Below are positions 27,075 to 40,018 of a DNA stretch of 64,000 bases, piece by piece. The notes below the pieces were generated by a model that was given only the letters and a program-made list of their open reading frames with translations, did no database searches and was not told where the DNA came from. This stretch comes from Marsupella aquatica (taxonomy: Eukaryota; Plantae; Marchantiophyta). Each line of letters begins with the position of its first letter. Within the stretch, counting starts at the first letter, position 1. Position numbers and translations under genes: made by a program. The DNA lies in NCBI GenBank assembly GCA_973895155.1, contig OZ316895.1, positions 5,848,687 through 5,912,686 on the forward strand, written 5' to 3'.

Positions 27075-28280
27075 ATGAAGAATGAAGCCGAAGTGGACAA
27101 GAAACTGGAGGATGAATGTGTAGAGGAGGTGGAGGTGGAAGACATGGAGAAGGAATTGTGGGAGAAAGTGCCTGAAGAGCTTCTTCCCATAATTCTGGCG
27201 AAATTGCCAGTCCGGAGCTTAGCCCAATTCCGTTCTGTCTGCAAGTCGTGGAGTTCCTTGTGGTACTCGGAATCCTTCCTGCAGCTGCGTTCAAGCGCAC
27301 CTGCGGAAAGATCCTGGTTCATTTTCAATAACTACAATCAGGACTACTGCCTTCTGGATGGCACTTTCTCGTATGACATTTCCTGCAACAAGTGGCACAA
27401 GTTCGTTCCCAATTTGCCTTCCCAGATAGAGCGAGTGGCTGCCGCGGCCGGAGGTTTACTTTTCTGCGTCAGTAGGCCTTCAATCAACACGGTTTCGATT
27501 CCGGGCTCTGTTCCTGGTTACCACTGGCCAGACATGTTTGTGTGCAACCCTCTCAAAGCCAGTTGGATCAGGCTGGTCCAAAGGACTGGATACTGGCAAC
27601 CCATTATCGTCGGTATGGTGGCCGACCCAGTTGCCAGAACCTACAAGGTGATCCTAGCTGACCGATGCCAAGGAACTGAGATTTACGACTCCAGGACCAA
27701 GAGCTGGAAGCTAATCAGTAAGTGCCCAACCACATCGTTTCTCAGGACAAACAACAGCATCTCAGTGCAGGAAAAGCTCGTGACTACCGGTGCATTGTCC
27801 CTGCTGGTGTTTGATTCCAAAGAGGAGCGCTGGAGTGCAATCAGTTACCCGGTCGGGTCCATTTCCCATCCTCAAATCAGCACTTGTCATGGGCGTCTGC
27901 ATCTCGTGGGCTTCTTGCCTGATGAGAATCGACTGGAAGTATGGGATCGTCAAGAATTGGGTGAAAATGGTCATTGGAAGCGACTCTACTCCAGCGTTCT
28001 GGGGAAATTCTCCCCTGTCTGTATGGGAACAGCGGAATGTGCAGAATTCCTCGCTCAATCGAAGCCGGACGACCTTCTGTGCTATGCCAAGCTCTTTAGT
28101 GCAAGAACAGTCTTCGATTCTGAACTCAGCGACCACTGCCTGTACGATAAATTTGTTGGCAGGGTGCTCTTCTACAGCATCTCTCAAAATTCATGGTGCT
28201 TGGTAGATAAACGGCACGTTGACGTGAAGTCCATCGGTGAAAGCTTTAGATTCGACCCGACTGTTGGCGCATCTGTTTAG
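27075..28280 (+). CDS. F-box protein with Kelch-like/FBA beta-propeller region, intronless
   Basis: F-box motif LWEKVPEELLPIILAKLPVRSLAQFRSVCKSW, then AAAGGLLFC, FVCNPL, YKVIL and TEIYDSRTKSW. The first in-frame ATG is at 27075; the ORF is open from 26997. Confidence 0.9.
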   Translation: MKNEAEVDKKLEDECVEEVEVEDMEKELWEKVPEELLPIILAKLPVRSLAQFRSVCKSWSSLWYSESFLQLRSSAPAERSWFIFNNYNQDYCLLDGTFSYDISCNKWHKFVPNLPSQIERVAAAAGGLLFCVSRPSINTVSIPGSVPGYHWPDMFVCNPLKASWIRLVQRTGYWQPIIVGMVADPVARTYKVILADRCQGTEIYDSRTKSWKLISKCPTTSFLRTNNSISVQEKLVTTGALSLLVFDSKEERWSAISYPVGSISHPQISTCHGRLHLVGFLPDENRLEVWDRQELGENGHWKRLYSSVLGKFSPVCMGTAECAEFLAQSKPDDLLCYAKLFSARTVFDSELSDHCLYDKFVGRVLFYSISQNSWCLVDKRHVDVKSIGESFRFDPTVGASV

Positions 28281-29014
28281 GACCTTCAATTATTGTGCAG
28301 TGCAATTCTGCTCTAGATTCTCCTCTCTCGGAGGATAGCCCAACCAATTTAGTCATTCATAGGGTGCAAATGACCCTTTCAATTAATTCTTCTAAACACA
28401 GAGTTTAATCAAATCCTGGCATTCGGAGAACCATCGCTGGCCGTGTACAAAGCTTGTACTGTCCACTTATAATTTCTTCGACCAAAGTGTTCTTTGAGAG
28501 AAGACATACATTGGCCACCATTGGCGTAATTCTTGCCACTAGCCAGTCCCAAGTTTCCACCTACGTTCGCAAAGCACAAAGCAGAGTGTTTGATTTGTGC
28601 AATTGTGCCTCCGAAAATCTGATAATAAAGTCATCAAACCGATCTTTGCGCTCATCACCATCTCCATTCCCTGTTGTGCCAGATCGACTACTGTATAATT
28701 GACATGGTATCAATCGCTCCATCCATCCACCGCTCGACCGCCCGTATTGTCTGACAGAAGCCGGAGGAGAAAATGACTAGAACAGTTCATCTACTGTGTT
28801 GATGTCGCATCTTACTGCGCCGGGATTTCTGTCTACTGCAGGAACAATAATAGCCGCTGACACTGGGATTCAAAGGATGACAAATACTCATCCTTTGAAT
28901 CACAGTACGCCTCCTCCGCATCGGGTTGAGTTTCCCTTCCTGGACGCTCTTAATGCTGGAGGAAATCTGGAGGAATCTGGTTATCATTTGTTCGCATTGA
29001 GAGAGTCGCGAGAG

Positions 29015-29275
29015 AAGCAGAGGATTGCATTACTTTATCTAGTCTATATTCATAGCTCTATGGAGGATGTTTCCAGCTCCATCTGACGAGTGGGACATTT
29101 ATGTATTGGACAACGGCCGGGTTCCAGCCCAGAAGGGGCTTCAGAAGTCCGACGGTTTGGTGGTTACAGGAATTCACCACGATGCGCAAGCCCGCGACGA
29201 TGGAGCTCTGTGCTCTTCTCCGATTTCTCCACGAGAAGAACCCAATTTACACTCTAATTGTGTCTTTCGTATCAG
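29015..29275 (+). pseudogene. Frameshifted exon-1 remnant of a plant gamma-glutamyl peptidase (class I glutamine amidotransferase-like)
   Basis: Across frames: KQRIALL..LYGGCFQL..DEWDIYVLDNGRVP..LQKSDGLVVTGIHHDA..DD..LCALLRFLHEK..VSF(G)(H)Q|gt. This is collinear with the GGP N-terminus (KRYAL..YGGY..WD..G.FP....YDGFVISGS.HDA...GICFGHQ) and ends at a splice donor. Confidence 0.65.
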
Positions 29276-32200
29276 GTAAAGAAATCTGAACGCCCGTTTT
29301 GAATCGGGGAATGATCTCGAGTCAAAACATGTTGTACATCATTCTTGTCTTCCATGCAGATGAGACATATTTTTCGTTCTTTGCAATGCAATATTACCGG
29401 AAGCTTGTAGCAGGTATGAATGTATGCTACAGGATAAGTAGTGTACGTGTTTTTATAGGAGTGGACTATACTCCAGCTCCATGCTCTAGAAATACGAAAT
29501 CCAGAATTGAGGACACAAGGGCCCCGAAAGTAGAGCTTAGTACAGAGCCGCCCCAGACTACTGGAGTTGTTCCCCCGCATTGGAGCGCCGCCTGATCTAG
29601 TCTATCAGCCTAGAAGTGTTCTACTGGGGTTCTCTTCTGCTTTGTTTAGGTAGGTGTACTGTTAGTTGGTTCTTCGAATCTTGTGTTTTGGTGAAGCCGT
29701 TTTTTTGTTGTTGGTGGAATCAAAAAGACATTTTATTTCAGGATACCTTCTCGATTCAAAACAGGAAAAAATAAACAAAGATTGATTATTGTGTAGTCCT
29801 TCAAATGCTGACAAGTTTTAGGGGGTTTGTTTGCATTAATTAAACCCCTTTTCTGGGCATTTACTGCGTTTCATTGACGGCCACTCTACCATAGCCAAAC
29901 ACTAAAAACTCACTTTGCAAACGCCCGGAGTCATCCATAGTCACCCTTTCATACTTAGCCCACTGCCCTGGAAGTTTGATCAGAGCTGAAGCTCCAGCGG
30001 GAGCATTCTGATAGGTTCGATGAAATTCATCCAACTCTTTTTGTTGCCTTGAAAACCTAAAGCAGGCCCATCCAATTCATCCAACTCTTGTTGCCCTGGA
30101 AAACGTAACTTATGTACTTGCAAAGTTCAAGGTCTAGTTTTGTTAGCACAAACATTGAGAAATGAAGAATGAATGAAGCTCCAAATATGAGAACGCTGGC
30201 TTGTATATGGTAGGTTGATTGAAAGCTCGGTCATTGTTGCTATGGAGACTGCTTGCGATCTGAGAGCCAAGCATGATGGAAACACTTGATTAAATTGCTC
30301 CCCTGGGCATTTTTGTTGACAGTTGATTGCGCTGAACAATCCAGTTTTCTTGTCGCTCGTACACATTGTACTCTCAGACCGTGAGATTCTCCTGGATTGA
30401 TAGCACCAGGTTCCCAGGTGCTGTAGGGGTCCAGGTATTGTACTGTACTGTACTGTAGCTGGCTATCTGCTGCCGTCGCTAGAATTGTAACCAATGAGAG
30501 CGAAGTGGTGCGTACCTGCCAGGCAACCCTTTCCCGAAGTCAATTTTGTTCTCTATTGCAACTTATTCCAGCAACTTACAGTACGTCTTGATTGGACAGG
30601 CAGTGGGCTACTGGGCTCGGAGTCTGTGCCAGATTGGCACGTCGCCCACACAGTACCACTTCGACCATACTCGATGACAGAGGAAATTGGAATCTGTCCG
30701 GCAGAGCGAATGATAAGACGGTATGTTCGAATACCGTAACTCGCGGTCAGCATGTTTGGAAGATATCCTGCGTGTCATTCTTTTGAGAACAGTTCGCAAG
30801 GCAGACGAATGATATGTTTGTTTGCGAGACACCCATCCATCCTGTCAATATGATATCCTATACTAGTTACTGCTATAAAGGCAGTGTGCATGCGGGGAGA
30901 CTCTTTCCTTCTAAACTAGGGTTATCCCGTTGACAAGGAACAAAACATTTCATATCAGTCCTGAACACTGCTCAGAAAATGCCCAGAGCATGCCCAGCGT
31001 ATGATAATGCTTGCTTTCAGATATTTAAACCGGTGAGAGAGATTCGGCCTCTACAGGTACTTCCATCCAGAATCTGCTGTTTGGCACAAGATCTAGAGAT
31101 GCCTAGAACACTTCGCACCGCACTTTGCGGACTTGAAAACTTGCTGACATTGTGCACAGTGGCTTTCGGAATGCTTACTACGGTGCACTCCATACACTTA
31201 GTGAGGGCGTCAAGGGGAGTGGTGAGATCCCAAAGAAGCAGAAGCACAAAGGTTTGTGCTCTGGTGGTATTTTAAAGGTGTACAGAACTTGTATCCTCAG
31301 TGAGGACTGGACTGATTGAAGAGCAACTCTTCCAGACACTGTTTCTAAAAACCGAGCAGAAGGGGGTGTATTCCATAACATACCATCTTCAGCTAGGAAA
31401 ATGGACGGTATACATTTGAGAATTTCTCAAAACGTGAAACCACATCAGCAATTTAATCCCATTATCTCAATGTCAACACCCTGATCTCACTTTGACAGCT
31501 TAGACAGCAGCCATATTCATCTTAATGGAATAGTGTCCTTCTGGTCACAACAGTTAGGTCATAGAAAGCTTCGTTATTCACTCGCCAACATGTGAGAAAG
31601 CCACGATGTCACATCGTACATGAAGCGGAACTTGTGCAAAACAATGTCGTTGCAGAATAACCTCATCCCTCATCCCTTGGTTGTGCAAATTCTCAAAACT
31701 GATTTGGGCATGGTCAAGCCCACACGCTACTGAGAGCATGTCCGAAGTAGACAGTGTGGCCGGTTAATCACCGTCCACCACATCGACGAGACTCGAGCTA
31801 ACATAAATTCAACTAAGGAGAATTTTGGCTTGAAGGAGAATCAAGGTTGGATGGTGTTTGATTGCCAAACGGGTGCCGAGTAACCCAATATTGCAATGCC
31901 AATTGGCACAAAGTCACCGCCGACATGGCGACTGTCACCAAATGATCCCGGCCGGACATTGTACCAAAATTACTGAAGCTCAATTTGGTCGTGGCACAGA
32001 TCGCGCCGCCAGGTGCCTTTTGCGAGAGAAAACTAGTTGTACAGTGATACATTCCGAGGGACATTATGGGCATATCTTCACATCACCAAACCTGGAACTC
32101 CCTCCCTCGGCGCCTTTTCGAAGGTACTCCACAAACCTGTCACCCGGAAATAACGTTCAAACTTCAGACCTACTTCGATACCTAAGAACTATTGCCGTTG

Positions 32201-32687
32201 TCAAGGATTTTGGTTGAAGCACGAGCACAGGGAAGTGGGCGACGAATTCAACACTTAACCGCCTGTGTCCCCGGCTCCAAGATGCATGCTACAACATAGA
32301 ATGGAACTCATGCACAATCTCAGCAATTTTTGAAACTCACGGAACATTTGTTAGAAACTGACTTATACAAGGATAAGAGACGAGAGAAACGGAAATGCAG
32401 CCTCCAACTTGTCATCCCTGGAACCTAGCTCACCAAGGATCCTGAAGACATAATAGTGCAGAATTCATGCAATCTAAATTGTACCTGGCTTTGACGATCT
32501 ACGTAAAGTCTGCTACCTGAACTATTAGACTGAAGTCCTCAAATTACGCTGTTGACGGGTGTTCTTGCTCCAGGATCTGCTTCTGCTAACAGATCTGCAG
32601 ACTTCTTCAGGTATTCACTGGGCACGCTGGGATATATCCTCTGATTATGAAACCCTTCGTTCAATTTCCATAATTCGATGACAAGAA

Positions 32688-33944
32688 TCAAACGGAGGCC
32701 CCAATGTTTGGCTCGAACCGTAAGCCGTCCCCCTGGTATTTTGTCAACCGCTGAGAATAGACAGGGCTTTCGTCCACAACATACCATTGGTCGTGAGAGA
32801 GGCTGTAGAGATAAGAGTGCTCTCTATTGAGAACCTCCTCCAAAATTCCGCTAGCTGCCATGCATGGATGACCTCCTCCAAACAACTCTATATTTTTTCT
32901 CACACCTCTCACAAACAAAAGATCGTTCTGTCCACCATACATCTCCATTTCAGGACGAAATGCAGTGCTGACTTCTTGAGCGGACACTGAACTGAGTTCC
33001 CTCCATACACTATGGCTGGAAATACCACCAACCAATTCCCAAACACACATTCTTGCTTTCTTCCCAGCCTCCCCAGACCTCAAGCAACCCACCAGCAAAA
33101 GCCTACCTTCACATTGATACAGCTGGGTATTCCGAATCTCTCTCTCTGAATTGGGCAAGTCAATCAAGCTCCAGACTTCCTTTTCCACATCAAACACAAA
33201 CATGAAACCAACACCCACAGAATATATGTATCCCTCGTGGGAAATGGCCTCAGGATGGACCGACAACCCTGGAGGGCGGCAGAACTCCAAAAGCTTCCAG
33301 CTCATCTCCCGAGAGTCATAAATCTCAGTTCCCTGATGCACAGTGGCAAGCACAATCTTGAAGCTGTTGGTTTTAGCATCCACAACCATTCCGATAGTGT
33401 GGGGCTTCCAGTTGCAGAGCCTTTCAGGCAAGCCCGTGTAGCAACTCTCCTTGAGAGGGTTGCAGACTATCTTCACAGGCCAGTTAAAGAACACCACTGC
33501 AATCCTCAATCTTATCATGATGGGCTTCTGCACACAGAACATCAACCCACCTGCCGTTGCTGCCACTCGATCAATCGTGGACGGCAGGTTGTTGAACATC
33601 AATGTGTGCCACTTATTCACTCCCGGGTTGTAGCAGAGGCAGGGCGATTCCGGCTGCTCGTTGCGAGGTCGTGTGCCAAGAAAACTGACTCGCTCCTGGC
33701 GATTGAATATGAACCAGGACTTTTCTGCGGGAACGTGAGGACGAACCTGGAGGAACGCTGGAGAGTACCACATCGCCTGCCACGCTTTGCACACGCTTCT
33801 GTACCTCGCCAGCTCTCTCAGTGGCAGTCTTGCCAGCACCGATACCACGATGTCTTCTGGCAGTCTGCTCCACAATTCCCCATCCAAGGCTTCTTCCCCT
33901 GCTTTTCGCCTCCCTTCAGCTGACGGGGCAGCCATAATATACAT
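32688..33944 (-). CDS. F-box protein with Kelch-like/FBA region, paralog of 27075-28280, intronless
   Basis: LWSRLPEDIVVSVLARLPLRELARYRSVCKAW, ATAGGLMFC, VCNPL and GTEIYDSREMSW, with a shared C-terminus F(E/D)P..GASV. ATG at 33944 (alternative 33935). Confidence 0.9.
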   Translation of the reverse strand: MYIMAAPSAEGRRKAGEEALDGELWSRLPEDIVVSVLARLPLRELARYRSVCKAWQAMWYSPAFLQVRPHVPAEKSWFIFNRQERVSFLGTRPRNEQPESPCLCYNPGVNKWHTLMFNNLPSTIDRVAATAGGLMFCVQKPIMIRLRIAVVFFNWPVKIVCNPLKESCYTGLPERLCNWKPHTIGMVVDAKTNSFKIVLATVHQGTEIYDSREMSWKLLEFCRPPGLSVHPEAISHEGYIYSVGVGFMFVFDVEKEVWSLIDLPNSEREIRNTQLYQCEGRLLLVGCLRSGEAGKKARMCVWELVGGISSHSVWRELSSVSAQEVSTAFRPEMEMYGGQNDLLFVRGVRKNIELFGGGHPCMAASGILEEVLNREHSYLYSLSHDQWYVVDESPVYSQRLTKYQGDGLRFEPNIGASV

Positions 33945-34926
33945 TCCTCTTCTTCTTCTCTTCTGCTTCTCGTATGGCGTAGGAAGAATTTGGGAAGAAT
34001 TTGGAACAGGAAGATATGCAACAACTCTCCTTCTCCCTCTCTCTGAGGCAAAATAGCAGTTCGTCTTCGGCAACAAATTGGCAAACGAATCGAGAACGAG
34101 AGAAGGGCGTCCGTGATACAAGTTTGAGATGCCTCAAAGTCTTGGTACCCACAATATCACGAACGAATTGAAACCACGGGAAGAATGTACGTCAACCCGT
34201 CCCCAACAGCAACACCAGATTAACACCAGATTCTGATGATCAAGTACTCAACTCACTCACTCACTCGCTCACATGCTTTCGAAACAGCGTTTTTTTTAGT
34301 GGCGAAAATTCGCATTCCACCTCCCCCCAAAATCTTTCGCCACCTTTGGCGAAAAATTCGCTACTATTTTTCTATCTTATTAGCCGGTGTTCCACCTGAT
34401 CACAGGCCTCATTAGCCAGCTAGGGACATCTGACTATCAGTAAAATAATTGAATAGTGAATCTTTGGAGCATCTTCTCCTTCACAGAGTGTACATTAGCC
34501 ACTCTGGCAAAAAAATATGCTGCTTTCGATGAGTTCCTATTCATTCAATAGAACGCAAATGTGGACAACTTCACTCACTCACATAATTCCTGAGAAGAAA
34601 GATTGAAAGATAACCGGTGTGTAACCTTTTCTCCATATCACACTCTAAAAGAACAGAAAGTGCCAAACTGGGAGAGTTCATCTGAGAGGCTGTAGACTAA
34701 ATAGGGCGTCTCACACTTGCTGACTTCCATTGTTTTTTCTTTAGCATCTGTGAGAATTTATGTGCTGCTGGCCAAAATCCAAGTTTCAGACAAACTTTAC
34801 CCAAGGAGTTGTTGGTTGGAGATGGGTCACAACACCTGCCTACATGGTATCTCAACATAATTGAATTTTTTAATTTGAGTCATGGTTTTGAAGGTCCCCA
34901 ACAATTCTGGAAGGGTACCAATGCAT

Positions 34927-37900
34927 TGTTAGGATTTACTCTTAGGTCTAGAGTTATGACTGTACCGTAATTAAGGCTAACCTTAATCGTAAACTTGGTT
35001 AAATTAGTCATGTTGTGCACACTCTATAACCAAGCGGTGTTTGTTTGGAGAGTTGGAACTCAGGCTCATTGTTACGGAGCCATTTGAGAGATAGGGAGAG
35101 CTTGTGCTGTGGATGTTTGGGATGGCCGATTCATTTGGCCTAGAGTGCAATAAAGCTCATGTGTGTTCCCGTGGATGTAGCCTCATGTGGAGGTGAACCA
35201 CGTATCTCTCTGTGTCAATTCTTGTGCATTGGATGGTTCATGGGCTTGCCGTTGCGATTGTCGTCTATGATCAACAATTGGTATCAGAGCATGGCTGGGA
35301 GGGGACGAGGTTTTTTTGTGATGGTTTTCTAGCGTTCATTGTCGGTGTTGCATTTGGAGTTTCATCACATGAAACTTGAATGTGTGTGGCTGAGCGGATA
35401 GATTAGTGAGAGGGATTTCTATCGGTGTACAGAACTCACTAGTTGGTATCTGTTGTGTGGAGGAATCAGAGTTTGCGTCGTTCTAAAGTTTTTTGTGTTC
35501 GACGGTTTGTCAGGGGAGAGACCAGAGTTCATGTTTTCAACAGTGTGAGTTGTGCGGTGCGGGAGGCCTCACATATATGTTATAGCTCAAGTTGTAGGTT
35601 GAAGCGAGCTGGTCGTTTTGGTAGCTGAGATGTTGTCGAGTGCTTACCGAGTGCATCATGACGAGTGAACTTAGAGGAGTTCAGGTTTTTTCATAGGCTA
35701 TGGTGCTTGTTCCCATCTGAACAGGGTTTCTCGTCATCACGTCCGACTCAAAGAAAGAAATGCAAAGTGCTAGGGCTCAACGGAGAGATCGCGGAGAAGC
35801 GGTCTTTTTGAGTCCGGGATTGGCACTTGACGCGGAGTGAAGGTGATGTGACCGAAGTTTTTATAGTGTTGGAGTTGCGCCGGCACCAGTGTGATTTGGC
35901 AACATATCCCGTCGGTAACTCGTTGTTTTCTCGTTGGAAGCGGCGGCGACATTGTAAGTAACCCGACATTTTTTGATTGGAGTCAATTTTTGCTTATTAG
36001 GGGGGGTTTGTGGCATTTTTTGTGTGTGTATATACACCTCGTCCCCGGTCCCGCATACCCTCGCACACCCCCGCATACCCCCTCTCGGCCTCCCGTGTAT
36101 TTGGTTGCCACAGCCGCGACCGTGATCAGGTGCGCAGCACCGGCCAGCGCCCACACCCTCCTGCTTGCCCGCACCACGCCCCGCCGTATGCCTCGCCCTT
36201 TGCTGCCGACTACCGCTTTGCGGCTTTGGCTGTTGTCCCGGGCGACTCCCTCGGCCTGGCCCAGCCTTTCGTGGTGGTATGCCGCTTGTATGTGGCTTCT
36301 CCCTTGTACTCGCCCTGTCACCCTGTGTACCCACGCCTGGCCCGTCACGCACGTAATTTTTGCTAAGGGGCCTTTACACCCCTTTTAGGGCCAAATTTCT
36401 GTCTTTTTCTCCCGGCTTTGCTATTGGCTGTCCTGGGCCCGGTGACCCCCAGATTTAACCGCTTGGACAGGGGAAACGGCCCTTGTGAAACCTGTCGGAC
36501 TATGCAAGAATATTTCCAAAAAATAGTGAGCTATTTTTTTTCCGTCCGACATAGATTCTGCGTAGCCATTGAAGTAACTAGCTACGCAGCGCACCGATCA
36601 AATCGCAATTCCAAGGATGGATTGCTCGTGGCATTTTGGTTATTCCCTGAGGTGGTCAAAACAAGAGAGTTTCCCAAGGTTTTATCCACCCCGACCAAAA
36701 TTTGAATAACTTTTTTATTGGATTTTGATTTCAATTTTGGTTTTCAATTTTGGACTCCTACCTTTGTGGGCTACGCGGCGGTGTTTAGTTTTGAGTTTTT
36801 TGAGAAGTTGTGAAAAACGACATTTTTTTGTGATTTTCTCATATGAGTGATTTGGGGAAGATTTTTGAAGATGTAAAACTTGAAGCACGAGGATCACCGA
36901 GATGGTTTGAGGTGGAGAGAGAGGAGCAGGAGGAAGAGCACGTGACACCGGTACCATCACCGGTGCGACGTGTGGTGGAGGAAACAATTCTACTACCAGA
37001 GGTCACGGTAGTGCCAAAGAAGAAGATGGGTACACATTCAAGCTTGGGGGACCCAAGTATGAAGTCACAAAGTATGATGGGCGCTCTAACTACTTGCTCT
37101 GGGAGAAACAGGTGAAGGGAGTACCTATGCTTCGGGGATGGGCCAACTGCTGAGCCCTCGTGAAGACGATGTTGATGAGAAACAATGGGACCGCATGCAG
37201 GAGCAGGGAGTGTGGTGTGTTACACTCTATCTCATGCCTCCCAACATCAAGCAGTTGGGTGAACATAAGGATTGCATGTCCTTGTTTGCGGAATTGTAGA
37301 ACAAGTATCACCGCATGGAACTGACTCTACACTTCCTACAAACTAATGAGTTTCAGGATGAAGGAAACCGGTACGAAGTTGCAGGACCATGTGGATGCTT
37401 TCAACGACGTTGACTTGGAAAACCTTGGGGAGGAATTGAATGATGAGACGAAGGCTCTGGAGCTTCTCAGTTCATTGCCTCCATCTTACCAGTCCTTATC
37501 ATGAGTGTTGTTGCATCGTGATAGGAATACCATCTCATACAATGAGGTGGTGAGTTCTCTGCTAACTGATGATCTTCAATAGATGATGCATATCACGTCA
37601 CAGCCTTTATCATCTAGTGCTACTCTCAATGTTAACCGTGGGAGGAGTATGCAACGACCAACTGGGGACCGTAGAACCCAACTTAGATCTAAATCCAGAT
37701 CTAAGTCCAGGGGCAAATCCCTTGAGAGGAGGCATATGACATGTTGGAAGTGCAACAAGGTTGGACACTTTAAGCGAGACTGTAAGGGAAAGGCAGCTGA
37801 ATCTTCATCGGCAAATGTGGCTAGGGCTGATGGAGACGCTGATTTACTCAATGATGAGTATGTGTTATGAAGCCAAGGGTATGCCTTGTGCACGTCATCT

Positions 37901-38400
37901 AGGAGGTAGATGATGTATGAATTCTTGATTGTGCTTGCTCTTTTCACATTTGTTATATTCGTGAGTTTTTCAGTTCTTATTCTATTTCAAACGGTTCAGT
38001 TCTGATGGGAAATGATCATTGGGACTGTCAAATTGAGGGTATTGGGTCTGTGAAGATTCAAATGTTTGATGGCGCTGTGCGCACAGTGTTCAGAGTCAGG
38101 TATGTACCTGGCATGTGTAAGAATCTGATTTCACTTGGTGTGTTGGATTCAAATGATCATCAATGGAGCGTTATTGATGGTGAACTTCAAGTCAGGTCGG
38201 GAGAGACAATGATTTTGAAGGGGAGCACACAAAAGAATTTGTATGTGTTGCAGGGCAATATTATATATGGAGAGGCCAATGTAACCAAGTCTCACAAGGA
38301 GATGACTCAACTGTGGCATTCACACGTATCTCTCTGTGTCGACTCTTGTGCGTTGGATGGTTCATGGGCTTGTCGTTGCGATTGTCGTCTATGCTCAACA
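34927..38400 (+). mobile_element. Ty1/copia LTR retrotransposon copy A, with an internal deletion of most of pol and most of the 3' LTR
   Basis: 5' LTR 34927-35276, tRNA-iMet PBS TGGTATCAGAGC 35279-35290, degenerate gag-protease. Sequence jumps at ~38323 into the last ~78 bp of the LTR. TSD TGCAT at 34922-34926 and 38401-38405. Confidence 0.92.
36843..38323 (+). pseudogene. Copia A gag-protease remnant
   Basis: Closely alignable to the gag/protease of copy B, including the zinc knuckle CWKCNKVGHFKRDC, but with several stops and frameshifts. Confidence 0.88.
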
Positions 38401-39471
38401 TGCATCAGCGCGCCCTGATTTTTGGTATGGACAATGGTGCACTGACCACCCAACTTAGTGGCGGGTAGCACTTTTTAGGAAACACAGATTTCTGACCCAG
38501 GACCGGGCCAACAACATTCCGGTCATGTAAACCTTTATGGAACAGCTTCTTTGACATGTGCTAGCAAAGGAAGAACACTAGGAAAGAATCTCACAAAGAC
38601 CAAAGAGCCAAAAATTCCTAGAGTCCCCCATAACGTCAAAGGAAGTAAAGCCCTACTAAGCAGTAAAATGCAAGGTCTGGTAAAACTCTGGAGTAAACCA
38701 CGTATGAGGGTCACAAAGAGGAATTTGTCTAGAGTTCCTAAAACCAAGAGACTTGGTCCTCCAAACAAAGAGTGATTGTGTGAGCCCTCGGAGGAAAAGG
38801 TTGTTGTTAGTGGCATTATGATGATGGTACTTATAAACATAAGATGACCATAGTACTATTGGTTCTTGGTGTGTGGGCCCCAAAATTGCAAGGACTAACA
38901 TTCCCTCATGCCTCAAAAGGGGACTGTTTGAGTTCATCAAAGTTTTTCACTTGCTAACTCTGCAGCATCTGAGCATGCAAAGAAGGCCTGTTCATTGAAA
39001 GTCACAAGAGTCTTTGGCACATGTAAAAATGAGGAGTCCTTGGAATTAAAACATCAAATTAATAAAATTTAGTTGATCGCATGAATTATTCTCAGGATTT
39101 CTTTTAACGTACCCCATATGAAGTCACACTACTTATTAACGAGGATCAAGACTATATGGCACCGCGAGTTTTTCAATGGAGTTATGATTGACTTAGACAG
39201 ACCAGGCAGGTGGGTGTGGGTTTGGTGAGCGGGGATGGGTTGCTTTGCAGGTGATTATTGGGGTGATTGGGGGGGGAGCCTGCTCTGTTGGTGCTGAGGA
39301 CAAATGGAAACTTTTGTTCTGCAGACTTGAAGCATTGTAGGGAGGAGTTGTACTTCAGCACACTATTTTAGGGTATGAGAGAAGTGAAAGTTGCTGCAGT
39401 TTGGGGAGGGATATCCACTTTCCCCAGCTGCTTGAGAAGAATGAGAGAGATGGAGAAACAGGCACACCCCT

Positions 39472-39774
39472 GGTAGAAAGCAAGATTGAGGGGTACCAAA
39501 GGAGGAAATAAGAACTGGCTCAAAAAGGAGAGAGAAAGGACTGAAATATCATTAAGATTTGGTTTAATACACTTCCAAAAAGGTTGGACACACTTCCAAG
39601 AATGTTGCACACATTTTCAAGAAGATTGGGGCTTCCCTTATGTGATTATCTCAAGATTAAGAGATCCTAGCCATTCCATGTAACACTTTGGGACTCTTGT
39701 CTTTTAGTAGAACTCAATCCTTGGAAATGGAGAAAAAGGAGAAAATTCAGTACCCCTCAATCTTGCTTTCCACC
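39472..39774. mobile_element. MITE (303 bp) with 25-bp TIRs and an apparent 4-bp TSD; superfamily unassigned
   Basis: GGTAGAAAGCAAGATTGAGGGGTAC (39472-39496) versus GTACCCCTCAATCTTGCTTTCCACC (39750-39774), 1 mismatch, with CCCT on both flanks. Confidence 0.75.
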
Positions 39775-40018
39775 CCCTAGGAAAGTCAAACTGCATCGCT
39801 CGATCTGACTCAAATAGCTTCCCTAGCCTATGCTAACTCTTTTGATATGTAAGTTGCTAAATGACAAGAACTTGAAGGCCCCTTGCGTTGAACTTTGGGC
39901 TCCCAGCCCTCTTCAAGACTCTCTCCCCAAACTCTTCCATTATTCTTCCGCTAAAGTCTCTGCTACAACGTACTGTGCTTACCAACTGTGAAACACATAC
40001 TTAACAGTAAGTACATGA

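Noticed and set aside
34285-34370. hAT-like terminus with GGCGAAA/TTTCGCC palindromes
   Set aside because: No matching opposite end or TSD was found.
35861-36388. Overlapping 120-165-aa ORFs here and at 52144-52745
   Set aside because: Stop-poor GC-rich copia leader sequence, not conserved as protein between copies.
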